Positions 9,869 through 18,695 of a stretch of DNA of 64,000 bases are shown one piece after another; position 1 is the stretch's first letter, and every line of letters starts with the position of its first letter. The stretch covers positions 75,335 through 139,334 of the forward strand of contig CAZLNP010000001.1 in NCBI GenBank assembly GCA_964561085.1, written 5' to 3'. The notes beneath the pieces were generated by a model. It was not told where the DNA came from. It did not search any database and saw only the letters and a list, made by a program, of their open reading frames with translations. The position numbers and the translations under genes were made by a program. The DNA comes from an uncultured Candidatus Saccharibacteria bacterium (lineage in GTDB: Bacteria; Patescibacteriota; Doudnabacteria; UBA920).

Positions 9869-9928
9869 TACTAGACCCCCCTGTGGGGGGTATATATCTA
9901 GTATATGCTCCCCCACTTTTTAAGTCAA
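9869..9928 (-). promoter_or_regulatory. Sigma70 promoter plus CsoR-type G/C-tract operator
   Basis: Minus strand TTGACT-17bp-TATACT; operator ACCCCCC-tgt-GGGGGGT (9875-9891) flanked by TACTAGA/TCTAGTA. Confidence 0.8.
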
Positions 9929-9996
9929 ACTTGAGAGGTGTTCATATGCATGGTATGATGTGCATGACAATCGCATTCTAAAGCCACTCTGGCTCA

Positions 9997-10028
9997 AATA
10001 AAGCCGCCCGAAAGGGCGGCTTTATTAT
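9997..10028 (-). terminator. Intrinsic terminator for large surface-protein gene
   Basis: AATAAAGCCGCCC-gaaa-GGGCGGCTTTATT. Confidence 0.85.
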
Positions 10029-10065
10029 TGTCTATTTTATCTTTAGCTAATTTAGTATTGCAAGT

Positions 10066-13000
10066 TTAGAACCCCAGCACTCCAGCAGCACGGGTCACAA
10101 GAACTTGGGTCTGTTGAAGAAGTTTGTCTGCAGTATTAGCTGCTACTGCTGTAATTGGGTTGTATCCCCAAGAAGATAGGACTTCCATGGAAGGAATACC
10201 AGCTAGAGCGTTGTCTTTAATGACTTGAAGAGTACCACTGTTGTTAATTAGAGTTCCTGATCTGTGGGTAGAGTTAGGATCAGAGATATTGTCTGTTGAA
10301 GTCATGAAAGAGACATCTCCATACAAGGCATTAGCAAAGGAGAAGCCTTGAGCTTTGAACACCTTCTCAGAAACAAATCCTGCTTTCATTCCACCAGTGA
10401 TTAGGTAACAAGTGCCTTTGTCTGTACCACGATCTGAGCAAGTGATTGAGCCATCTCTTGGAGGAATGAATGATCCTACCGGAAGAGTTAGATCAGAGCT
10501 GCGAGCGGGAACTGCATTGCTCCAAGTGTTAAAGCCATATGAAAGGTATGCACCTGCTGAAGTGTAAGGCCTGCGTTTACCATCTGAAGTAAGAGTGTAG
10601 ATGGTTCCAGTCGAGTCTACGATGTTAGTACCTACTGGATGGCGAGTGACAGAGCCGGAGGTTGAGCCAGATGCAGAAGCTGTGCCAAACAGTGCGAACA
10701 TTGAGAAACCGCCTGTTTCGCAAGTCACAGTATTTGCATTTGTATCTACTGTGCAAGGAGCTAGCGAAGACCAAGTTCCTGAGCTATATCGCCAAACCAC
10801 AAGAGATGATTCACTGATACCATCTATCTCATCATCTTCATAAGAGAAAGTTAAAGTAATAGGATCATTAAAAGAAGTTACGGATGTCCCAATTCCTGTT
10901 AAGGCTTTCAAGTCGTATGTGTGGCCATTTACAGGGTTTAACCCTGTAGGCATTCCAGAAGCGATTAATGCATCTGCAGTATTTATTTGCTTAATCTGGA
11001 ATACAGACTCTGCCCCAACAGCTCCAGCAGGGATATCTAATTCAATTCCAGAATCCCCATCTGTTAATTCAACCGTGCCTCCAGTAGCATTAGAAACATT
11101 ATCACCTATTTCACTTTCTACTTCTGCAGAACCAGTACAACCGTCAGTTGTAAATGTTGCACTAGAACTTGAAGTAGAAACAGATGAAGCGTCTACCGAT
11201 ACCACACTGTAGTGGTATGTAGTACAAGCAGCAAGGGAAGAGATTGTCTTTGAGTGTGAAAGTACTCGTGGAGAAGTATCCGTTACTGCGGAGGTCTCTG
11301 TGTGAGTAGAAGTAAGTCCGTATGTTACACCAGTAGAAGCAAGAGAGCCTGTTGTCCAAGTGATAACCGCACTAGTGGTCGCAGGATTAACACTAATAGC
11401 GGAAATTACTGGGCCAGTTGTATCGATTACCAAAGCCTTGTTGGCAGCTAAGTTAGTAGTCGGAACGAAGTTTACCATGGCATGAGCATCAAGATCAGCG
11501 ATGGTTCCAGAAATAGTTTTAACGGTTAAGTCATCGGTCGAATCACCAGCTTGAACTGTGTAATTACAACTTCCACTGGTCGCGCTAGTGACTGTAAAAG
11601 TACAGGTCCTGTCTGTCGCACCAGTTTCCAATGTCACTGTGACGTTGCCAGTTGAAGTAACAGCCTTCGAGAAGGTGACATCAATGTCTATTACTTCACC
11701 AACGCTGTATGTACCATTAGCTTTGTCAGAAGAAACATTAGTAATAGTTGGAGCGGAAGAATCTAGGGTTACAGGGTGATCAAAGTGAACTGCCCAGTTG
11801 TACAAAGTGTTGCTGTACAAAGATGGGTACGGGTCTGTATCACGCAAGTTCCCAGCTGCGCTGCCAGCATTTTGTGCACCAGTGTTTGTTCCAGGCACAC
11901 CTGTATAAGCGTATCTTAAGCGTTGGTTATTGCCTGTTGGAGTACCGCTTAGAGTAACTCTAACTGTATCGGTGTCAACTAACTCAACTGAGCTAATTGT
12001 TGCCGATGAAGTTGAGTCGTAATATTCAAATCCATAGTTTGTGCGGGCACTAACTAGAGTTGTATCAAAAGCTAGTTGCCCTGCAGGGACATGGAAGTCT
12101 GCCAAAATTACGTTCCCTGTACGAGTAACAGTGTCTGGGCTCAATGGGCGCCAAGTCTCATGATCTATAGCAACTTTCTTAATTACTTTCGCATGATACT
12201 CCCCTAACCAACGGGAACTTGCTGCAGTTAAGTGATGTCGATCTGAGTAGCTAAAGAAGTATTTTGGAGCAACTAGTACGATCTCATCTGGATTATCTTC
12301 CGCTGCATACAATTGATAGATTGGGATTTCCGAAGTAGCATCGTTAGCGTAAGAAGACATGAAAGAACTCATCTGGTCGATGAACATGTAAACCTCATTA
12401 CTCTGTCCAGTAATTGCTTTTACATCAGTATCGTAATCGTTCTGCCATTCTTCTAAGTAACCCTGATATGTTGCTCCACTTACATTATTGAAGTTATCAG
12501 TTTCACCATGAATATTAGTTACGCCCATTACACGAGACACTCGGCCAAGAGACAAAGCAGCGCTTTTTGCATTCGTAACTTGGTTCATCGCATTAGTATA
12601 TGGCCCTGTCCCCTTTTTCAGCTGGGAATATGTATAACCACTAACTCCATGGAGCGACATAACTGTATCTAAATCATTGCCGGTATCGTTGAAAGTCAAA
12701 GAGTTTGCAATCGCACTACTCATGGTTTCAACACTGCTTTCTATCAAAGCTGTGAAGCTACCGCCAGCACCCATTCCACCAGAACCACCGGTTAACATTT
12801 TGTTAGAGTAAGGTTGTGTAGTCGAAAGGGCTGGGCTTGCAGCAACACCAACAGACAAACTTTGACCTGTAGACAGAATTTGGTTTAAATAATTGATTGT
12901 AGCAACTTGGCTAGTTGCAGAACTAAGAGTTGCGGATCCAGTTGTCGGTGCAGTTGCACTACCTGGCGTTACTTCAAACTTCAGGTACATGCCAATATCG

Positions 13001-15348
13001 TCTTCATCTACTATATACGTAGTACTAGTAGCGCCAGAAATAGCAGAATAGCTGCCACCAGCGCTTGTAGCAGTTAGCCATCTGAAAGTAGAACCTGATT
13101 CCGAGTTGCCGTTCACGTCTACAAAGGTGTACGTTCCTGTAAGTTGCTCCCCAACTGCTGCATTCCCTGAAATAGCTACACCTGTCGCAGTTGGCGCGGT
13201 TGGAGTTGCAGAAACTGGACGAGCTGTAGCTGTAGATGATGGATCACTTGTACCATTGCTATTAATTCCAGATACGCGGAAGTTATAATTCAAACCGTTA
13301 GTTAATCCTGTAACCGTAGCTCCTGTGGAAGTAGAAGTGCCATCAGAAAAAGTTAACCAGGTCCCAGAAGTACTGAGCTTGTATTCAACTAAGTAATCAG
13401 TAATTGCAGCGCCGTTGTCTGCTCCAGCAGTCCAAGTCAACGCTACCTGTCCGTCACCAGGTGTTGCACCTAAACCAGATGGAGCAGCTGGGCCAGTTGC
13501 GGGTTCTATAATTTGTACATTATCTAAGTCGCTAGTACCAGTACTACTCATTGCACCCAGCCAGAACCCTTCGTCAGTAAATGTGCCAGATGTAATAGTT
13601 GCGCTTGGTGTTCCAGAACCATTTACAAACACGCTCGCACCTCCACCTTGGAGCGCCGTTAAGGTTAAGGTGAATGGAACTCCATTTGTACAAGATGTGA
13701 ATCCGCTCAAAGTTTGAGGTGATGCAGATGGACCGGATCCAGCAACGTTTGACCCACCAGTCCAGTAATACAATTCCCAGTTCGTTGCATTAGCTAAAAG
13801 AATATAAGATGATGTTCCTACTCCAGTGAAAACTAAATCACCATAGCCAATTGCTACTGGGCCCACACCCGAACCACAAGATGACCTAGTAACAGTAACT
13901 GTAATACTTACATCGCCGTTAGTTCTATCATATGTTTGTACTGTACTCAGTCCAGCGCCACCCCATGCACCAGTACCGGTTATATTTAGATCTCCATTTT
14001 GTTGAACGTTTCCAACAGTCCCTCCCGTACCACCTGGATCAAGCTCAGTCCATTTGTCAGTATCAATAGTGGTGCCAGTAAAATCATCTGACATAGCAAA
14101 GGTATTTGGAATACCGTTAGCTGTACTGGAAACAGGGCCAGTTCCTACAGAGTTAGTAGCAGAAACGCGGAAGTTATATGTAGAACCGTTTACTAAGCCA
14201 GTAACTGTTGCCCCAGTTGAGCCTGATGTGCCGTCGGAAAAAGTAGTCCAAGTAGTGGGCTCAGTGGAAAGTTTATACTCTACTATATAGTCAGTAATAG
14301 CCGCGCCGCCGTTGGTAAGAGGTGCGGACCAAGTCAAAGTTGATTGTCCGCTCGTTCCGCTAGATGCAGACAAGCCTTGCGGTGCAGATGGGACACTTAA
14401 CGCGGGAGTTGCGGTCGCTGTACTGGAAGGTACGCCGGTGCCCACCGAGTTAGTCGCAGAGACGCGGAAATTATAGCTCAACCCATTTGTTAAACCGGTT
14501 ACTGTAGTAGCCGCTGTAGTTGATGTACCGTCTGAAAAAGTAGTCCAAGTAGTTGGTTCGCTAGCCAATTTATATTCGACTAAGTAATCAGTAATAGCCG
14601 CCCCACCATTGCTAACAGGAGCTGTCCATGTTAATCCCATTGCAGTGCTGGCAGGTGTTGTTGTAAGTCCAGTTGGAGCGTCAGGGGCCGTCGCAGCACT
14701 TGCGCTAGCAATCACAACGTTATCAATTAACGTAGCTGTGCCGGAATGCCCCGAAAGGAAAAAACCTTTGTTGGTAAAAGTACCGCCGGTCAATGTCGCT
14801 GCCGCGGTGCCACTCCCGTTAATGTATAGAGCAGCGCCACTAGTGGAATCAATAGCGATGCGGGCACTAAAAGCCACGCCGTTGGTACAGCTAAAAGCTG
14901 TGGTAATATTTTCAGCATTACCATTAGCAAGCTGTCGGGAGAAATAAACTGTATTTGATACAACGTACAGAGTATAAGACTGTCCGCCGCCGGTCAACAC
15001 CCCAGGATCTCCATATCCAATACCAAAAATACTACTACCACTAGCGCAAGTCACATCAGCTGTCATCTCTAATCCCCCAACAGACCTATCATATGTATCG
15101 TCAGTAACCAAATAGTTGTTACCCCAAGAAGCAGAACCTGTCATGCTCAAAGACCCATTCTGTTGAATGTTCCCAGAAGTTCCCCCTACGCCACCAGCAT
15201 CTGTCTCATTCCATTTTACTGTATTAATAGTGGTTCCAGTAAAATCATCTGATAAAAGAGTCGATGCCTGGGAAAGATTAAACGTACTAGTAATGATTCC
15301 TGTCACTGCAAGAACTGCTATGAGCGTATATATGGACTTTTTGAACAT
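10066..15348 (-). CDS. Large secreted/surface protein (1760 aa): two repeated beta-rich modules, fibronectin type III repeats, SGNH (sialate O-acetylesterase-like) domain, CPR-type C-terminal repeats
   Basis: Signal peptide; DDFTGTTI..KW module twice; three FN3 repeats (LTWtAP..NGGAAITDY.VEYK...YNFRVSA); GQSLS...HGETD...DRHH; C-terminal GTIY...KRRPYTS...GF repeats. Confidence 0.9.
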   Translation of the reverse strand: MFKKSIYTLIAVLAVTGIITSTFNLSQASTLLSDDFTGTTINTVKWNETDAGGVGGTSGNIQQNGSLSMTGSASWGNNYLVTDDTYDRSVGGLEMTADVTCASGSSIFGIGYGDPGVLTGGGQSYTLYVVSNTVYFSRQLANGNAENITTAFSCTNGVAFSARIAIDSTSGAALYINGSGTAAATLTGGTFTNKGFFLSGHSGTATLIDNVVIASASAATAPDAPTGLTTTPASTAMGLTWTAPVSNGGAAITDYLVEYKLASEPTTWTTFSDGTSTTAATTVTGLTNGLSYNFRVSATNSVGTGVPSSTATATPALSVPSAPQGLSASSGTSGQSTLTWSAPLTNGGAAITDYIVEYKLSTEPTTWTTFSDGTSGSTGATVTGLVNGSTYNFRVSATNSVGTGPVSSTANGIPNTFAMSDDFTGTTIDTDKWTELDPGGTGGTVGNVQQNGDLNITGTGAWGGAGLSTVQTYDRTNGDVSITVTVTRSSCGSGVGPVAIGYGDLVFTGVGTSSYILLANATNWELYYWTGGSNVAGSGPSASPQTLSGFTSCTNGVPFTLTLTALQGGGASVFVNGSGTPSATITSGTFTDEGFWLGAMSSTGTSDLDNVQIIEPATGPAAPSGLGATPGDGQVALTWTAGADNGAAITDYLVEYKLSTSGTWLTFSDGTSTSTGATVTGLTNGLNYNFRVSGINSNGTSDPSSTATARPVSATPTAPTATGVAISGNAAVGEQLTGTYTFVDVNGNSESGSTFRWLTATSAGGSYSAISGATSTTYIVDEDDIGMYLKFEVTPGSATAPTTGSATLSSATSQVATINYLNQILSTGQSLSVGVAASPALSTTQPYSNKMLTGGSGGMGAGGSFTALIESSVETMSSAIANSLTFNDTGNDLDTVMSLHGVSGYTYSQLKKGTGPYTNAMNQVTNAKSAALSLGRVSRVMGVTNIHGETDNFNNVSGATYQGYLEEWQNDYDTDVKAITGQSNEVYMFIDQMSSFMSSYANDATSEIPIYQLYAAEDNPDEIVLVAPKYFFSYSDRHHLTAASSRWLGEYHAKVIKKVAIDHETWRPLSPDTVTRTGNVILADFHVPAGQLAFDTTLVSARTNYGFEYYDSTSSATISSVELVDTDTVRVTLSGTPTGNNQRLRYAYTGVPGTNTGAQNAGSAAGNLRDTDPYPSLYSNTLYNWAVHFDHPVTLDSSAPTITNVSSDKANGTYSVGEVIDIDVTFSKAVTSTGNVTVTLETGATDRTCTFTVTSATSGSCNYTVQAGDSTDDLTVKTISGTIADLDAHAMVNFVPTTNLAANKALVIDTTGPVISAISVNPATTSAVITWTTGSLASTGVTYGLTSTHTETSAVTDTSPRVLSHSKTISSLAACTTYHYSVVSVDASSVSTSSSSATFTTDGCTGSAEVESEIGDNVSNATGGTVELTDGDSGIELDIPAGAVGAESVFQIKQINTADALIASGMPTGLNPVNGHTYDLKALTGIGTSVTSFNDPITLTFSYEDDEIDGISESSLVVWRYSSGTWSSLAPCTVDTNANTVTCETGGFSMFALFGTASASGSTSGSVTRHPVGTNIVDSTGTIYTLTSDGKRRPYTSAGAYLSYGFNTWSNAVPARSSDLTLPVGSFIPPRDGSITCSDRGTDKGTCYLITGGMKAGFVSEKVFKAQGFSFANALYGDVSFMTSTDNISDPNSTHRSGTLINNSGTLQVIKDNALAGIPSMEVLSSWGYNPITAVAANTADKLLQQTQVLVTRAAGVLGF

Positions 15349-15410
15349 AAGGGTTTATTTTAATTCTGCTTTAAGTATGACATATTATTCTCTTATCATT
15401 GATTCAGCCC

Positions 15411-15439
15411 TTGACATTTATCCACAATTGGAGTATACT
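15411..15439 (+). promoter_or_regulatory. Near-consensus sigma70 promoter containing a DnaA box
   Basis: TTGACA-17bp-TATACT; TTATCCACA at 15418-15426 in the spacer. Confidence 0.75.
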
Positions 15440-15564
15440 CTAGCGTCGGATGCGTTTCTGGTGCCACCATAGACTGGTGACCCTGGGAATGATCCGCAGT
15501 ATTAACGGAGGATGTCTGCCTACAGAGCGCGGTGCGCTGTTGTGGAAAGACGAGAAAGGACTCT

Positions 15565-15780
15565 ATGTCCCAGACTCTGAGAAAAGCTACTCGCTCTCTA
15601 GTGAAAGCGACCAAAGTAGCCCATGTGCATCAGATGCTAGGAGTGCTCATTGTAGTAGCTCATGCATCAGAAATCACTAGAGTGATTTCGCACATCAGCT
15701 TGTGGCACTTAGCCATAGCAATGGTTCTCTTCGGACTATGGCTAGCCAGCGAAAAGCACTCATCAAAAGAGCTGGCATAG
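15565..15780 (+). CDS. Small hydrophobic/membrane protein (71 aa)
   Basis: AAAGGA SD before ATG 15565; two hydrophobic stretches; own promoter and terminator (15796-15833). Confidence 0.6.
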   Translation: MSQTLRKATRSLVKATKVAHVHQMLGVLIVVAHASEITRVISHISLWHLAIAMVLFGLWLASEKHSSKELA

Positions 15781-15867
15781 AGGCCAGCACACCCTAAAAA
15801 CTGGACTGCATACTTATTGCGGCTCAGTTTTTTCTTTTATTGGCTATCTGGGGGGTTAATGAGGGGC

Positions 15868-15896
15868 TTGATTTTTTCCTCAATTTCTGTTACAAT
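15868..15896 (+). promoter_or_regulatory. Promoter of tRNA-Glu
   Basis: TTGATT-17bp-TACAAT with extended -10 TG. Confidence 0.65.
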
Positions 15897-15917
15897 TCGA
15901 TAGTTATTTAAGTTCAT

Positions 15918-15992
15918 GGCGCTATCGTCTAACGGTTAGGACAGACGGTTTTCATCCGTCAAATCGGAGTTCGATTCTCCGTAGCGCTACCA
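15918..15992 (+). tRNA. tRNA-Glu (anticodon TTC)
   Basis: Acceptor GGCGCTA/TAGCGCT, anticodon arm GACGG-ttTTCat-CCGTC, T arm CGGAG-TTCGATT-CTCCG, encoded CCA; 75 nt. Confidence 0.97.
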
Positions 15993-17452
15993 CCTAACAT
16001 TTTATCCCTTTTGGAGATAGGCAAACATTCTTTTTTCCAATTGGTTATTACATTTTTATCACTTAGAGAAAAGTTTTCCACTAAACTTTTCACAAGACGG
16101 CGTCGGGATTCTTCCGACGCTGTTTTGTATGCAATGGTTGGGCTTTTAAGCAGTTTTCCAAGGTTTTCCATTTTCAGCATCGATTCAGCATTTTCAGACT
16201 GTACGCCATTTAATTGTTCAGTATATTCAATTTTTTTGTTTAACAATTTTGACTTCATGGATTGATAATCTTCGCTACTGATACTTTTGTCCAAAAATCG
16301 ATCCATTATATCGTCAAGCTGTTTCTCTACTTTATGAATTTCAAATATCCATTTAGCAGTAAGCTCCCCCTGTTGGCTTTTCAAGTCTTCCCTTAACTGT
16401 CCGATTGCTTTCAAAAACATTACTACTTCTTCATCCGAAAATTCAATACCCTTTAGTTCTTCAAAAAACTGTTCATCTACAAGTTCTTCTAACAAATTAT
16501 ATTTATGTTCTGCGCTGCGGCAGTTGTAGTACTTATAATAAACATTTCTATGTACTTTAGTTGAAGAAATACATCTTAATGGTCTATCGCAGGTAGGACA
16601 ATTAAGCATTCCTTGAAATACATACAACCGTTTTCTTTTATGCTTAAAGCTCTTCTTGTCTAACACTTCCTGAACTTTATCAAATAAAGATTTAGTAATG
16701 ATCGGTTGATGAATACCTTTGAAATCTCCTTTATTAGTCCACCGTACGATTCCGTAGTAAAATGGGTTTCTAAACATTTTATAAAGTGTTTTGTGTTTTA
16801 CCAAACCACCGTCATTATTCCTTAACCCCATTTCTTTTAACTTATCCTGTAAAGGTATAATCCCATACAAACCAGTAGCAAACATTTCGAATGCTTGTTT
16901 TACAAGTCTACTTTGAACAGGGTCAGGTTCTTTGAAACCTTTTTTAGAATCTAAATAACCGATTGGAGCTCTTGATGGAAAAAGTCCTTGTTCTAACATT
17001 CTATCAAATGCTGTATTTACTTTAACCCGCAATCTTTGGCTATAGACTGTTGCCTGCCCCCATAAATCATAAATTCTTGAAAGGTCATCGTCTGATTGAG
17101 TTGTGAGATTTTCAGCAGCAAAGTGAAAGTGATAGCCTTGTTCAATAAGTTTGTAAAAATTTCCAATATCTTGGTAATTCCTTGACGATCTGTCCACGGT
17201 AGCAAAGCAAATTCCAGCTAACTTTTCTTTCTTTAATCTTTGTATTAACATGCCAAACAACTTTCTCCCAGGACGAAAGGAAGATTCTACCCCCTCAAAG
17301 AAGTCAACTATTTCTAACCCTCTCTGTTTTGCATATAGTTCTATTTGTTTCTTTTGAATTTCTGGACTCCAGTTTGTTGCTTGGTCTTTTGAACTGACCC
17401 GTACATAAGCTAAGAATTTATTATTAGATAATTTTTTCATGTTGTCCTTCAT
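15959..17452 (-). CDS. Large serine recombinase (resolvase + recombinase + zinc-ribbon/coiled-coil); C-terminus read through the tRNA antisense strand
   Basis: AYVRVSS catalytic Ser, VDRSSRN, APIGY, NPFYYG, HQPIIT, CPTC...YYNC; last codons overlap tRNA 15959-15992. Confidence 0.95.
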   Translation of the reverse strand: MKDNMKKLSNNKFLAYVRVSSKDQATNWSPEIQKKQIELYAKQRGLEIVDFFEGVESSFRPGRKLFGMLIQRLKKEKLAGICFATVDRSSRNYQDIGNFYKLIEQGYHFHFAAENLTTQSDDDLSRIYDLWGQATVYSQRLRVKVNTAFDRMLEQGLFPSRAPIGYLDSKKGFKEPDPVQSRLVKQAFEMFATGLYGIIPLQDKLKEMGLRNNDGGLVKHKTLYKMFRNPFYYGIVRWTNKGDFKGIHQPIITKSLFDKVQEVLDKKSFKHKRKRLYVFQGMLNCPTCDRPLRCISSTKVHRNVYYKYYNCRSAEHKYNLLEELVDEQFFEELKGIEFSDEEVVMFLKAIGQLREDLKSQQGELTAKWIFEIHKVEKQLDDIMDRFLDKSISSEDYQSMKSKLLNKKIEYTEQLNGVQSENAESMLKMENLGKLLKSPTIAYKTASEESRRRLVKSLVENFSLSDKNVITNWKKECLPISKRDKMLGGSATENRTPI

Positions 17453-18176
17453 ATATGTTTCCTTTATATGATATTTTATTTTTATAAATATCGTTAGTTA
17501 ATATTTTTTTAATTGTTGACGGCCACCACCTGTTACCTCCACGCTTTGTTGGTATGCTTCGCAAATTTAGGTATGCAGCAATTTTAGTAAGATTCATTCT
17601 CTTATAGCGTTTTAAGTGAAAGATTTTTCTTACAATATCTGCCTCTGCTTGATTTGTTATCAACTGTCCGTCTTTGCAGTCGTATCCGTAAATTTCTCCT
17701 CCATGCCACCTCCCCTTAGCTGCAGCCGAAGCGCGTCCGTTGGTCAGTCGCATTGTAATCATGGCTCTTTCGAATTCACTAAAAGCACCTATAATTTGCC
17801 TAAACAGTTTACGAGTTGCATCATTACTACCTAAGTCTGGTTCAGTTAGTGAGATTAGCTGTTTATTTAGTTTTATAAACTCTCTTATTAGTCCTTCCTG
17901 GATATAGAGGTCACGGGCTAATCTCGTCAGTGACAAAATTACAACTGCTTTTACTTCGCTATTAACTTCTAAATACTGCATCATTTGTGCCAGCGCTGGC
18001 CTATGTTCCAAACCGCCACTTACACCATCGTCTTTAAACCATTCAACTATTTCTATACCGTTCTTTTTTGCATAATTTGATATTGATTCAACTTGTAATT
18101 CAATGTTGTCATTTTCCGCTTGTAGTGCAGTTGATACTCTGCAATATGCTATCGCTTGCATTTTCGTTCCTTCCAT
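17424..18176 (-). CDS. Second, shorter serine recombinase (resolvase + recombinase domains)
   Basis: AYCRVST, DDGVSG, RPAL, LTRLARD, FSEFER, GRWHGG..YGY, ends HEKII; lacks the zinc ribbon. Confidence 0.93.
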   Translation of the reverse strand: MEGTKMQAIAYCRVSTALQAENDNIELQVESISNYAKKNGIEIVEWFKDDGVSGGLEHRPALAQMMQYLEVNSEVKAVVILSLTRLARDLYIQEGLIREFIKLNKQLISLTEPDLGSNDATRKLFRQIIGAFSEFERAMITMRLTNGRASAAAKGRWHGGEIYGYDCKDGQLITNQAEADIVRKIFHLKRYKRMNLTKIAAYLNLRSIPTKRGGNRWWPSTIKKILTNDIYKNKISYKGNIYEGQHEKII

Positions 18177-18355
18177 ATCTGATTACTAACTTTTGCGAAT
18201 TCTGACCGAGCGAACTTTATCCCCTTTAACAACGAAAACGCTTTCGCGTAATCTGCGTCTAGTATTGCCCTAATTCTGTCCTGTTCCATCTGCCTTAATT
18301 TTTGTGAAGTACCTTTTAGCCACTCGAGCCGTTCTTCACAATTAGAGAATTTCAT
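18149..18355 (-). CDS. Small basic protein (68 aa) upstream of recombinases
   Basis: GGAG SD before ATG 18355; overlaps recombinase start. A directionality-factor role is only a guess from position. Confidence 0.55.
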   Translation of the reverse strand: MKFSNCEERLEWLKGTSQKLRQMEQDRIRAILDADYAKAFSLLKGIKFARSEFAKVSNQIWKERKCKR

Positions 18356-18367
18356 GTTACTCCAAAT

Positions 18368-18465
18368 ATAAAACCACCAGAGAATGAACTGCCAATTGTT
18401 ACGACACAACAACAGTTTCCCTGGTGGTTTAATTAAACTATACCAAATAAAAATTTGGCGTTCAA
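18368..18465 (-). ncRNA. Putative small hairpin RNA/attenuator with its own promoter
   Basis: Minus strand TTGAAC-17bp-TATAGT, then AAACCACCAG...CTGGTGGTTTT hairpin; 13 nt of the hairpin are complementary to 18472-18484. Confidence 0.5.
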
Positions 18466-18580
18466 TATCCATTGTTGTGTCGTATATAAATAGTAATCAC
18501 TATAGATGGCAAAGTACAATCTAGTCCGCAACTAGCCACAAAAGTATTCCCCTGTATACTCTTTATTAAATCCTCCTAAA

Positions 18581-18695
18581 ATGGTGTCTATGGTGTATAT
18601 GCTGTCAGGCTAAAATGGTATGTCAGATTCATTTAGTGTATCCAAGGCCGCTTCGTCTGAATCTTCCATGACACCAGAAACAGCATTGACACCAC
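18581..18695. repeat. Inverted 9-bp iteron triplets; putative element replication origin
   Basis: ATGGTGTCT/ATGGTGTAT/ATGCTGTCA (18581-18607) facing TGACACCAG/AAACAGCAT/TGACACCAC (18669-18695) at the 3' end of the helicase gene. Confidence 0.7.

Noticed and set aside
15418-15426. oriC
   Set aside because: Single DnaA box; no box cluster and no dnaA/dnaN nearby.
10601-15472. Plus-strand ORFs inside the 1760-aa gene (likewise inside the giant gene and other core genes)
   Set aside because: Antisense shadows of biased codon usage; no motifs or ribosome-binding sites.
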